Virus genome (UHGV): UHGV-0270538
Direction: 5' to 3' (one strand)
Source: a virus
DNA: 14,632 nucleotides
The notes below the pieces were generated by a model, which made no database searches, was not told the origin of the DNA, and saw only the letters and a program-made list of their open reading frames with translations. The number at the start of each line of letters is the position of its first letter. Positions within the stretch are counted from its first letter, which is position 1. Shown here piece after piece: positions 1 to 7,983 of the stretch. A program made the position numbers and the translations under genes.

Positions 1-690
1 AGTGGTAAGGCACCGGAAATCAAACCCTCGCCCGGCGGCGACACTCCATCGGGGCCGTCTGATGGTGACACATCCGTTCGTACAGTCTCCCTGCTGCCGA
101 CAGCCGGAGAGGCTGCTGCGCAGGGCTGGACCATCACCGGCGGCAGTGTTGCGCTGGAAGATGGTGTGTTTAAGGTTACCAAGCAGAGCAATAAAACTTG
201 GTCCCTGATGCATCCGGTGGATGACGCAGTCTCCCTGCTGACACGGGGTGGCAGACTGAGCTGTAAGTTTCGACTGTCAGGCGCACTGACCAACAACCAG
301 TTCGGTCTGGGAATTTATCTGTATACCGATGTAGCGTTACCTGACGTCGTGGCGATGACCGGGACTGGTAACCCGTTCCTGATGTCGTTCTTCACCCAGA
401 CCACAGACGGCAAACTGAATCTGATGCATCACAGGAAAGCAGGAAACACAAAGTTGGGCGAGTTCGGGAATTACAGTAACGACTGGCAGACGCTGGAGCT
501 GGTGTTCACCGCCGGCAGTGCCACGGTTACTCCGAAACTGAATGGAGTGGCTGGCCCGGCATTCCAGGTCATAAAAGACAGTCTGACACTGGGGCTGAAT
601 GCGCTGACGTTAACTGATATCACTAAAAATGCCGCGTACGGCGTCGATATCGGCAGCCTGGTGCTGGAAATCAATAATCCCGCAGCATAA
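1..690 (+). CDS. 3' part of an unknown gene (230 codons in window); Pro/Gly/Ser/Asp-rich linker followed by a beta-rich, possibly LamG/lectin-like domain
   Basis: Frame 1 is open from position 1 to TAA at 688-690, so the gene starts upstream of the window; the ORF-track start at 166 is an internal GTG. Ends 23 bp before gene R. Function not recognised; the LamG-like call rests on motif appearance only (W-x-x-L-x-L-V-F ... K-L-N-G-V). Confidence 0.55.
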   Translation, partial: SGKAPEIKPSPGGDTPSGPSDGDTSVRTVSLLPTAGEAAAQGWTITGGSVALEDGVFKVTKQSNKTWSLMHPVDDAVSLLTRGGRLSCKFRLSGALTNNQFGLGIYLYTDVALPDVVAMTGTGNPFLMSFFTQTTDGKLNLMHHRKAGNTKLGEFGNYSNDWQTLELVFTAGSATVTPKLNGVAGPAFQVIKDSLTLGLNALTLTDITKNAAYGVDIGSLVLEINNPAA

Positions 691-713
691 GGAAGAGCAG
701 GAGAGCAAAACAG

Positions 714-1181
714 ATGCTTAAGACAAACAGTCTGCGAGAGTCCATGCTTCATGGGTGTCGGTGGTGCCAGGCTAATCCCGAGAAATTCACCATTTTCGTG
801 GAGAGCGGCAACATTGAAACGACCGGGGAAGCGCCCTCGTTTGTTTACCGCTATCAGATGGTGATGTTTGTCATGGATTACGCCGGAGAGCTGGACGACC
901 TCACGCTGCCGCTGCTGGCGTGGTTATCCGAAAATCAGCCACAGTTGTTGCTCAACCCTGAGCGTAATCAGGACATCAAATTCTCCGCCGTTATCAATGA
1001 CGATGACAGCGCCGATCTCCTGTTTACGCTCCCCCTGCGGGAACGCGTTCGCGTCACGCGCAGCAGTCAGGGCACACCGCAGGCAGAACACCTGCCGGAG
1101 CCAAAACCCCGCCTGCCATCTTCCGAAGGCGACTGGTCGCATATATTCCAGGATGTGACGTGGGGTGAAAGCGATGGATAA
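714..1181 (+). CDS. R: tail completion protein R (P2 gpR-like)
   Basis: 155 aa; N-terminus MLKTNSLRES and internal LPLLAWLSENQP resemble recalled P2 gpR; ATG at 714 preceded by a purine-rich SD-like stretch; lies directly upstream of S. Confidence 0.8.
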   Translation: MLKTNSLRESMLHGCRWCQANPEKFTIFVESGNIETTGEAPSFVYRYQMVMFVMDYAGELDDLTLPLLAWLSENQPQLLLNPERNQDIKFSAVINDDDSADLLFTLPLRERVRVTRSSQGTPQAEHLPEPKPRLPSSEGDWSHIFQDVTWGESDG

Positions 1182-1809
1182 GGCATTCACCCGCGTGGAT
1201 GAAACCTTTGAGACCATCCGCGACAGCCTGAATCAGCAGGCCATCAATAACATCGCCAGAAAGCTGGCACAGGATTTACGTCGCGCCCAGCAGGCACGTA
1301 TCCGGTCACAGAAAGCGCCGGACGGGACCGCATGGACACCACGCAGACGCCGCGTAACCCGGATACAGGAGCGCATTCGCTTTATCTGGAATAACGAAGC
1401 ACGCACGCTGAAAAACTGGCATCACGACACGGGGAAATACGGGCGAACCATTACCGGGTGGGATGAGGATAAAAACAGCATCCGCACGTTTTACCGGGAT
1501 GACATCGACCGTTTTCTGGAAATACGCACCCGGCGCATCAACCAGGACAGCACAAAGCGCGTCCCCATGTTCGTAAAACTGCGCACCGCCCGCTACCTGA
1601 AAGCCCGTGCAGATGCCTCCGGTGTGACGGTGGGTTACAGCGGCGTGGCCGCACGTATTGTACGCGTTCATCAGTTCGGTGAGCGCGATCAGGTTGCGCC
1701 GGGCATTTTCACCGATTACCCGGTACGTGAGCTGCTGGGTATCAGCCAGGCAGATGAGCGCCTGATTTATAACACGGTGCTGGGCCGGATTGCGGAGGCT
1801 GTACGGTGA
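1174..1809 (+). CDS. S: tail completion / virion morphogenesis protein S (P2 gpS-like)
   Basis: ORF 1165..1809; ATG at 1174 is preferred over GTG at 1165 because GGGGTGA lies 5 nt upstream. Start overlaps the end of R and the stop overlaps the GTG start of V (GTGA), indicating translational coupling. Position between R and V matches P2 order. Confidence 0.75.
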   Translation: MDKAFTRVDETFETIRDSLNQQAINNIARKLAQDLRRAQQARIRSQKAPDGTAWTPRRRRVTRIQERIRFIWNNEARTLKNWHHDTGKYGRTITGWDEDKNSIRTFYRDDIDRFLEIRTRRINQDSTKRVPMFVKLRTARYLKARADASGVTVGYSGVAARIVRVHQFGERDQVAPGIFTDYPVRELLGISQADERLIYNTVLGRIAEAVR

Positions 1810-2387
1810 GCGCAGAACTCATGCGACTGCTGAGCAACATCATCCGCACCGGGATCATCTCTGAAGTTGATGAGAAGTCCTGGCGCGTGCGCGTTCGCAG
1901 CGGCGAACTGGAAACAGGCTGGTTGCGCTGGAACACCACGCGCGCGGGAGCCTTCAATGTGTGGCTGCCGCCATCACCAGGCGAACAGGTGGTAATTGTC
2001 TGCATTGGCGGCAACCCGGAAACCGCCATGATAATTGGCAGCCTGTGGAGTGATGCCAGTCCGGCCCCCGGCAAAAGCCTGAAAGAAATCGTGGTCAGCG
2101 CGCCGGATGGCGCGGTGTTCCGCTACGACGCAGACGCTGGCGCACTGAGCGCCAGCGGCATGAAAACAGCCACCCTGCAGGCATCCGTCAGCGTGACACT
2201 GGATACGCCCGTCGTGGAATGCACAAACCTTCTGAGAACAGCGACGCTTGACGTCACAAAAGGGGGAAAGATGAGCGGCAATATCACGCACAGCGGCGGC
2301 AATTTCACCTCAAACGGTATCACAGTGCATACGCATAAACACGGTGGCGTTAAAGGTGGCAGCGATTCGACAGGAGGCCCGCAGTGA
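1806..2387 (+). CDS. V: baseplate spike/hub protein V (P2 gpV-like)
   Basis: 193 aa; motifs IRTGII, GEQVVIVCIGGNPE, VECTNLL, TKGGKMSGNITHSGG, VHTHKH match recalled gpV; GGAGG 8 nt upstream of GTG 1806; GTGA overlap with S stop. Confidence 0.9.
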   Translation: MSAELMRLLSNIIRTGIISEVDEKSWRVRVRSGELETGWLRWNTTRAGAFNVWLPPSPGEQVVIVCIGGNPETAMIIGSLWSDASPAPGKSLKEIVVSAPDGAVFRYDADAGALSASGMKTATLQASVSVTLDTPVVECTNLLRTATLDVTKGGKMSGNITHSGGNFTSNGITVHTHKHGGVKGGSDSTGGPQ

Positions 2388-2734
2388 CAACCCGCTACAC
2401 AGGAATGAATCCGGACGGGACGGGAAACCTGAACGATACGGAGCACCTGAAACAGTCAGTCAGGGACATCCTGACCACCCCGCTGGCCAGCCGGGTTATG
2501 CGACGGGAATATGGCAGCCTTGTACCTGATTTGATTGACGAACCCATGAATAACACCACGCGTCTGCAATGCATGAGTGCTGCCGTGATTGCGCTGACAC
2601 GATGGGAACCCCGCATTGCCCTGGACGCCATCGACGTTGTCTGGAAGGCAGGAGGCCGCGCCGGGGTGACGCTGTCGGGCACTGTCATGCAGACCATGCA
2701 GAATGTTGAGTTAACCATCACGCTGAGGGAGTAA
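2384..2734 (+). CDS. W: baseplate wedge protein W (gp25-like, P2 gpW-like)
   Basis: 116 aa; MTTRYTGMN, RVMRREYGSL and WEPRI resemble gpW; CAGGAGG SD 6 nt upstream; GTGA overlap with V stop. Confidence 0.9.
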   Translation: MTTRYTGMNPDGTGNLNDTEHLKQSVRDILTTPLASRVMRREYGSLVPDLIDEPMNNTTRLQCMSAAVIALTRWEPRIALDAIDVVWKAGGRAGVTLSGTVMQTMQNVELTITLRE

Positions 2735-2737
2735 ATC

Positions 2738-3634
2738 ATGCCTGCTGTTGACCTTTCCCAGTTACCGGAACCCGCCATCATCGCGGAGCCTGATTTTGAG
2801 GCAATTCTGGCTGACACAAAGGCCATGATGATTGCGTCCTATCCTGCCGAACAGCGTGAAGCCGTCTCCGCCGCGCTGGAGCTGGAATCGGAACCCCTGA
2901 ACGTTATCGCTCAAACCATGTCTTTTCGTGAAATGCTGTTACGCCAGCGGGTTAACGAGGGCGCACGCGCCTGCATGTTAAGCCACGGTTCAGGGACAAA
3001 TCTGGACAACCTCGCGGGCAATATGAACACAAAGCGCCTGGTTATCACTCCGGCAACGGATACCACCGACGCGGTGATGGAGAGCGACACCTCGCTGAGA
3101 TTGCGGGCGCAGCGGGCGTATGACGGCCTGAGTGTTGCTGGCCCGTCAGGTGCATACGAGTATTTTGCCCGCAGCGCCAGCGGTCTGGTGCGCGATGCGC
3201 GGGCTATCAGTCCGTCTCCGGCCTGTGTGACGGTTTCCATCCTGTCCACTGAAGGCGACGGCACAGCAACGGAGGCGTTGCTTAATACCGTTCGCGCCGT
3301 TCTGAATGCAGAGGATACCCGCCCGGTGGCCGACCGCCTTACTGTACAGAGCGCCAGAATCGTGACATGGCGGCTGAATGCAAAACTGTACTTTTACCCC
3401 GGCCCGGAATCCGAACCTATTCTGGCCGCGGCGGAATCGTCATTCAGGAAGTGGCTGGCTGAACAGGGGCTTATCGGTCAGGACGTGGCGTTGTCCGCCA
3501 TTGCTGCCGCACTTCATGTGCACGGCGTGCAACGCGTGGAGATAATCGAACCCACACAGAATATGGCCATCAGCGACATACAGGCGGCGCGCTGTGAGTC
3601 ATTTACCATCAGCGAAGGTGGGCGCAATGAGTAA
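2738..3634 (+). CDS. J: baseplate assembly protein J (P2 gpJ-like)
   Basis: 298 aa; LSQLPEP, ESEPL, GLSVAGPSGAYEYF, SPSPACVT, RPVADRLTVQSA, YPGPESEPI and LHVHGVQRVE closely parallel recalled gpJ; GAGGGAG SD before ATG 2738. Confidence 0.9.
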   Translation: MPAVDLSQLPEPAIIAEPDFEAILADTKAMMIASYPAEQREAVSAALELESEPLNVIAQTMSFREMLLRQRVNEGARACMLSHGSGTNLDNLAGNMNTKRLVITPATDTTDAVMESDTSLRLRAQRAYDGLSVAGPSGAYEYFARSASGLVRDARAISPSPACVTVSILSTEGDGTATEALLNTVRAVLNAEDTRPVADRLTVQSARIVTWRLNAKLYFYPGPESEPILAAAESSFRKWLAEQGLIGQDVALSAIAAALHVHGVQRVEIIEPTQNMAISDIQAARCESFTISEGGRNE

Positions 3635-4235
3635 TTCACTGTTACCGCCATCAGCCAGCAGTTTCATGCGTTGTGCCGAAGCCGTCGGAACACGCATTAC
3701 AGACATTCCGGTAGACCTCAATACGCTGTGGTCGCCGGATACCTGCCCGGTGCATCTGCTGCCTTATCTCGCCTGGGCGTTTTCCGTTGACCGCTGGGAT
3801 CGCAACTGGCCGGAAGAGACAAAGCGACAGGTAATTCGTGATGCATGGCTGATACACCGACACAAAGGGACCATCAGCGCACTGCGAAGAGCCGTGGAGC
3901 CTCTCGGCTACCTGATTGAAGTAAAGGAGTGGTGGCAACTCAACGAGGAGCCAGGAACATTTCGCATTGTTGTCGGAGTACTTGATCAGGGCATCACCGA
4001 TGAAATGTATCAGGAACTTGAGCGCCTTGTTGCGGATGCAAAACCAGTAAGTCGCCATCTGACGGGGCTGGCGATCAGCCTGAGTGTGAACGGAAAGATT
4101 TTCGTTGGTACGGGATGCTATCACGGCGATGCCCTGACGGTTTATCCCTACACCCCGGAGTCCATTATTGTCGAAGGGGATTATTTCCCTGCCCCGGCCA
4201 TTCATTTAATTGATAATCTAAGAGTAAACGCATGA
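3627..4235 (+). CDS. I: baseplate protein I (P2 gpI-like)
   Basis: ORF track starts at 3594, but homology to gpI begins at MSNSLLPP (ATG 3627) with GAAGGTGG SD 5 nt upstream; start overlaps J stop. Motifs LWSPDTCP, LAWAFSVDRWD, HKGTI, VEPLGY, ADAKPVSRHL. Confidence 0.88.
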   Translation: MSNSLLPPSASSFMRCAEAVGTRITDIPVDLNTLWSPDTCPVHLLPYLAWAFSVDRWDRNWPEETKRQVIRDAWLIHRHKGTISALRRAVEPLGYLIEVKEWWQLNEEPGTFRIVVGVLDQGITDEMYQELERLVADAKPVSRHLTGLAISLSVNGKIFVGTGCYHGDALTVYPYTPESIIVEGDYFPAPAIHLIDNLRVNA

Positions 4236-5839
4236 CAGTGAAATACTACGCCATTCTGACTAATCAGGGCGCAGCACGACTGGCTAACGCGACGATGCTC
4301 GGCAGTAAGCTGAATCTGACGCAAATGGCCGTTGGTGATGCAAATGGTGTGTTACCAACACCAGACCCTGCACAAACAAAACTGATTAACCAGAAACGCA
4401 TTGCACCGCTGAATCTTCTGAGTGTTGACCCTAACAATCAGAGCCAGATTATTGCGGAGCAAATCATCCCTGAAAACGAGGGAGGATTCTGGATCCGTGA
4501 GATTGGTCTTTATGATGATGAAGGTGTACTCATTGCGGTGGCAAACTGCCCGGAAACGTACAAACCGCAGTTGCAGGAAGGCAGTGGACGCACCCAGACT
4601 ATCCGCATGATTCTGGTTGTCACGAACACCGAAGCCATCACGCTGAAAATCGACCCGTCTGTGGTTCTGGCAACCCGCAAATATGTGGATGATAAAATCT
4701 CAGAGCACGAACAGTCACGACGTCACCCGGACGCCTCGCTGACCGCAAAAGGTTTTACTCAGTTAAGCAGTGCAATTAACAGTGAATCAGAAACACTGGC
4801 CGCAACACCGAAAGCAGTTAAGGCTGCATATGACCTGGCTGACGGGAAATATACCGCCCAGAACGCCACCACAACACAAAAAGGGATTGTTCAGCTCAGT
4901 AGCGCCACGAACAGCACGTCTGAAACGCTGGCAGCGACACCAAAAGCTGTTAAGGCGGTAATGGATGAAACGAGCAAGAAAGCACCATTAAACAGCCCGG
5001 CACTGACCGGAACGCCAACAACACCAACAGCGCCACAGGGGACTAATAGTACCCAGATCGCAAGCACGGCTTTCGTTATGGCCGCGATTGCCGCACTTGT
5101 AGATTCGTCACCTGATGCACTGAACACGCTGAACGAACTGGCTGCGGCGCTGGGCAATGACCCGAATTTTGCGACCACCATGACTAACGCGCTTGCGGGT
5201 AAGCAACCGAAGGATGCCACCCTGACGGCGCTGGCGGAGCTTGCTACATCAGCAGATAAACTCCCATATTTTACAGGAGCAGATCGTGCCGCGTTAACCG
5301 CGTTGACAAGTGTTGGACGTGCCATTCTTGGTAAAACCAGCACTCAGGGAGTTCTTGATTACCTTGGTTTGGGAGAAGGCTCTGTATTACCCGTTGGTGT
5401 GCCTGTTCCGTGGCCTTCAGCCACACTGCCAACAGGCTGGCTGAAATGCAACGGGGCGGCATTTTCTGCTGAAGAATACCCGGAACTGGCAAAGGCTTAC
5501 CCGACAAATATATTGCCTGATTTACGTGGTGAATTTATTCGTGGCTGGGATGACGGGCGCGGAGTGGACAGTAGCCGGACGTTGTTGTCGTGGCAAAAAG
5601 GCTCTTATCTGGTTCAGGAAGCCAATATATCACCCGACAGCGTGGTGCAGTTTTCGGTAAACGACATTGCCCTGCTGGGATGGGATAAAACTGAAACCAA
5701 TTCAGATATTCTCAGAGCGAAAAGTATACCTACAGAATATATCTGGAACCCAGTTCCAGTGGGAGCCTGGGGGATTCAGTATCTGGGTTACGCAAGGCCA
5801 CGTAACATTGCATTTAACTACATCGTAAGGGCTGCATGA
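4232..5839 (+). CDS. H: tail fibre protein H, constant N-terminal part fused to the currently expressed variable C-terminal cassette
   Basis: 535 aa; ATGA overlap with I stop; N-terminal two thirds strongly resemble P2 gpH, including the repeated QLSSA-NS-SETLAATPKAVK motif. After the crossover site (5352-5377) the C-terminus carries a tail-collar-type signature (GWLKCNGAAFS ... LPDLRGEFIRGWD). Confidence 0.9.
   Translation: MTVKYYAILTNQGAARLANATMLGSKLNLTQMAVGDANGVLPTPDPAQTKLINQKRIAPLNLLSVDPNNQSQIIAEQIIPENEGGFWIREIGLYDDEGVLIAVANCPETYKPQLQEGSGRTQTIRMILVVTNTEAITLKIDPSVVLATRKYVDDKISEHEQSRRHPDASLTAKGFTQLSSAINSESETLAATPKAVKAAYDLADGKYTAQNATTTQKGIVQLSSATNSTSETLAATPKAVKAVMDETSKKAPLNSPALTGTPTTPTAPQGTNSTQIASTAFVMAAIAALVDSSPDALNTLNELAAALGNDPNFATTMTNALAGKQPKDATLTALAELATSADKLPYFTGADRAALTALTSVGRAILGKTSTQGVLDYLGLGEGSVLPVGVPVPWPSATLPTGWLKCNGAAFSAEEYPELAKAYPTNILPDLRGEFIRGWDDGRGVDSSRTLLSWQKGSYLVQEANISPDSVVQFSVNDIALLGWDKTETNSDILRAKSIPTEYIWNPVPVGAWGIQYLGYARPRNIAFNYIVRAA
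5352..5377. repeat. invertase crossover site (gix/hix-like), left; inside H at the constant/variable junction
   Basis: ttcttgattaccttggtttgggagaa; resembles recalled hixL/gix (TTCTTGAAAACC-AA-GGTTTTTGATAA). Its distal 14 bp (5364-5377) form a perfect inverted repeat with 7303-7316. Confidence 0.65.
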
Positions 5840-6456
5840 TGAGCAAGAAAATCATGACTACAGCGGTGCTGAATGAATCGCGGCTGGCAACAGTTGCAGG
5901 AGAGGTTGTTGTCCACAGCTACGATAATAAGACGCGGGAATACCTTTGCACGTCAACCGAATATCTGGCTGTGGGCGTTGGCCTTCCTGCACATTCATGC
6001 ACTGATGCCCCCGGGGAAAGGCGGGCTGGTTATGTGATTTGCCGCACTGCTGACCTGACCGCGTGGGAGTATGTGCCGGACCATCGGGGTGAGACAGTCT
6101 ATAACACAGAAACCCGTGAGGCAGCAGAAATTACCACTCCGGGTGATTACCCTGAAAACACAACCACTGTCGCACCGTTAACGCCATACGATAAATGGGA
6201 TGGTGAGGAATGGGTGACCGATACAGATGCGCAACATCGTGCCGCTGTAGAAGCGGCAGAAACACAACGCCAGTCGCTGATTGATACTGCAATGGCTTCC
6301 ATTAGTCTGATTCAGCTGAAATTACAGGCCGGGCGGAAACTGACGCAGGCAGAAACAACCCGGCTTAACGCTGTGCTGGATTACATTGACGCGGTGACGG
6401 CAACAGATACCAGTACCGCGCCGGATATCAATTGGCCTGCTCCCCCGGAGGCGTAG
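5836..6456 (+). CDS. G: tail fibre assembly chaperone G (Tfa, Mu U-like), cognate to the expressed H cassette
   Basis: 206 aa; ATGA overlap with H stop; C-terminal Tfa signature (TSTAPDINWPAPPEA); lies inside the invertible segment. Confidence 0.85.
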   Translation: MMSKKIMTTAVLNESRLATVAGEVVVHSYDNKTREYLCTSTEYLAVGVGLPAHSCTDAPGERRAGYVICRTADLTAWEYVPDHRGETVYNTETREAAEITTPGDYPENTTTVAPLTPYDKWDGEEWVTDTDAQHRAAVEAAETQRQSLIDTAMASISLIQLKLQAGRKLTQAETTRLNAVLDYIDAVTATDTSTAPDINWPAPPEA

Positions 6457-6844
6457 GCCAGACGGGATTTGATGTATCAACGCGCATCAGCAAGACCCGG
6501 TATTTTTTCCATTCAGATAACGCGGCGGTTTCTTCTGCCGTCGCGATTTCCGCATCAAAAGCATCCTGTCTCCAGACTATTTCCTTATCAGCCATAGAAC
6601 GCAATACCGTTCTTTTCTGTTCAGCCTGAATAATCTGTTGTTCAGCGGAGAGTGGCGGGATATCAATCCACGCAGGATTACCATTTTTATCAGCCCCCAG
6701 CGTTTTGCCTTCTGGCGCTACGCCTGTGTAAATTGCCATTGTTTCATCATCAACATCAGCGCCATTTTCAGGCCATGAACCGGCGCTGATATATACCTCT
6801 TTTAGTGCTTTCGGATAGAAAGAGCCTTTATAAAATTTATTCAT
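6428..6844 (-). CDS. alternative tail fibre assembly chaperone G' (Tfa), silent in this orientation
   Basis: Minus-strand ORF 6428..6874; preferred start is ATG at 6844 (MNKFYKG...), 2 nt after the H' stop with a GGGG SD-like stretch upstream. C-terminal Tfa signature (WKKYRVLLMRVDTSNPVWPTPP). Converges on G with a 29-bp 3' overlap. Confidence 0.8.
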   Translation of the reverse strand: MNKFYKGSFYPKALKEVYISAGSWPENGADVDDETMAIYTGVAPEGKTLGADKNGNPAWIDIPPLSAEQQIIQAEQKRTVLRSMADKEIVWRQDAFDAEIATAEETAALSEWKKYRVLLMRVDTSNPVWPTPPGEQAN

Positions 6845-6846
6845 TC

Positions 6847-7316
6847 TTAATACCCCAGCGCGATAAAACAACAATCTTCGGTGCCCTCTCCGGATGGCGA
6901 CCAGTTCTGAATACTGATGTGCGTTCTGCTGGCAATACGCACATTCATCGCGGCATTGTAGCCAGATGTTCCACGGTTTCCGGTCGCAAACAAGCCTGCA
7001 TAGGGAAAAGCAAATGGTAAGGCATATCCAGCATCAGCTCCCTTTTGTGTTGCCACCGTTCCCCACTGCAACATAAGTTTCACCGGGTTTCCTGTCGTCG
7101 CAATGCATGGAATGTAGATGTAGCCATTACCTGACATCATTGACCTGAAGCTGTCTAAATCCAGTAACTTCGAGGCATTATCTGCTCCAACATCTCGTGT
7201 TGCAGCGGTCCCTAACTGGAGCGCATTTCGGAAGGCTGATACATCAGAAATATCAGATCCATTAGCCGATTTCTGCATAGCTCTGGAGGCTCTATTTATC
7301 GTTTCTCCCAAACCAA
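6847..7316 (-). CDS. alternative tail fibre C-terminal cassette H' (promoterless, no own start; expressed only after inversion)
   Basis: Minus-strand open frame running from the crossover site (7303-7328) to TAA at 6847-6849. It encodes ...GLGE at the site, the same junction peptide as H (LGLGE at 5366-5377). The ORF-track Met at 7356 lies upstream of the crossover site and is probably not used. Confidence 0.7.
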
Positions 7317-7328
7317 CGTTTAAGAAAA
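7303..7328. repeat. invertase crossover site (gix/hix-like), right; inverted copy 55 bp upstream of the invertase gene
   Basis: Plus strand ttctcccaaaccaacgtttaagaaaa; reverse complement ttttcttaaacg-tt-ggtttgggagaa shares the core and a 12-bp half-site exactly with the left site. Position just upstream of the invertase gene matches Mu gixR/gin. Confidence 0.65.
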
Positions 7329-7383
7329 TGCAGAGATTACGGCTAACTGGCATCATCCCCGGTTTTTATTCAGGGGATCCATC

Positions 7384-7983
7384 ATGCTTATTGGCTATGT
7401 CCGCGTATCAACAAATGACCAGAATACAGAATTGCAGCGTAACGCGCTGGAGTGCGCAGGATGTGAACTGATTTTTGAAGATAAAATCAGCGGAACGAAA
7501 TCAGCCAGACCGGGATTGAAAAAACTGCTCAGAACGCTATCAGAAGGAGATACGCTGGTTGTCTGGAAGCTGGACAGACTGGGCAGAAGTATGAAACACC
7601 TGATCACGCTTATTGAGGAATTGCGGGAAAAAGGTGTTAATTTCCGTAGTCTGACGGACAGCATTGACACATCAACACCCATGGGGCGTTTCTTTTTTCA
7701 CGTCATGGGAGCTTTAGCCGAAATGGAACGTGAATTAATTGTAGAGCGTACACTGGCCGGGCTGGCAGCAGCACGCGCACAAGGACGCATTGGCGGACGT
7801 CGCCCGAAGTTGACAAAAGAACAACACGAGCAAATAGCGAGGCTGATTAAAAACGGTCATGACAGGAAACAACTGGCGATCATTTACGACATCGGCATAT
7901 CGACGATTTATCGTTATCACCCTGTAGGCGATATACAGGCTGAAGAAACAACCAGGCAGACTCAGGAAAATGAAAACCGCTAA
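7384..7983 (+). CDS. site-specific DNA invertase, serine recombinase of the Gin/Pin/Cin/Hin family
   Basis: 199 aa; N-terminus MLIGYVRVSTNDQNT with the catalytic Ser in VRVST; conserved VVWKLDRLGRSMKHL, SLTDSIDTS, MGRFFFHVMGALAEMERELI and a C-terminal HTH region (ISTIYRY). AGGGGA SD 6 nt before the ATG. Confidence 0.95.
   Translation: MLIGYVRVSTNDQNTELQRNALECAGCELIFEDKISGTKSARPGLKKLLRTLSEGDTLVVWKLDRLGRSMKHLITLIEELREKGVNFRSLTDSIDTSTPMGRFFFHVMGALAEMERELIVERTLAGLAAARAQGRIGGRRPKLTKEQHEQIARLIKNGHDRKQLAIIYDIGISTIYRYHPVGDIQAEETTRQTQENENR

Larger units (their letters stand above)
5352..7328. other. invertible tail-fibre host-range segment (Mu G-segment / P1 C-segment type), about 1.98 kb, holding Hv-G and G'-H'v
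   Basis: Bounded by the two inverted 26-bp sites. Contains two convergent fibre C-terminus plus Tfa pairs, with the cognate serine invertase immediately adjacent. Confidence 0.7.

Noticed and set aside
2-208. ORF 2..208 (+) at the window start
   Set aside because: Out of frame with the longer open frame (frame 1, 1..690) that runs in from upstream; likely spurious.
868-1217. ORFs 868..1158 (+) and 924..1217 (-) overlapping R and S
   Set aside because: Alternative-frame or antisense ORFs inside recognised tail genes; no independent support.
7329-7356. Met start at 7356 for the H' cassette ORF
   Set aside because: It lies upstream of the crossover site; the cassette is expressed only as a fusion to constant H after inversion, so no own start is expected.
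5840-7383. Defence or cargo island at the G-FI (Z/fun-equivalent) hotspot
   Set aside because: The slot is fully accounted for by the inverted fibre cassettes and the invertase; no extra ORFs with nuclease, ATPase or toxin-like features are present.
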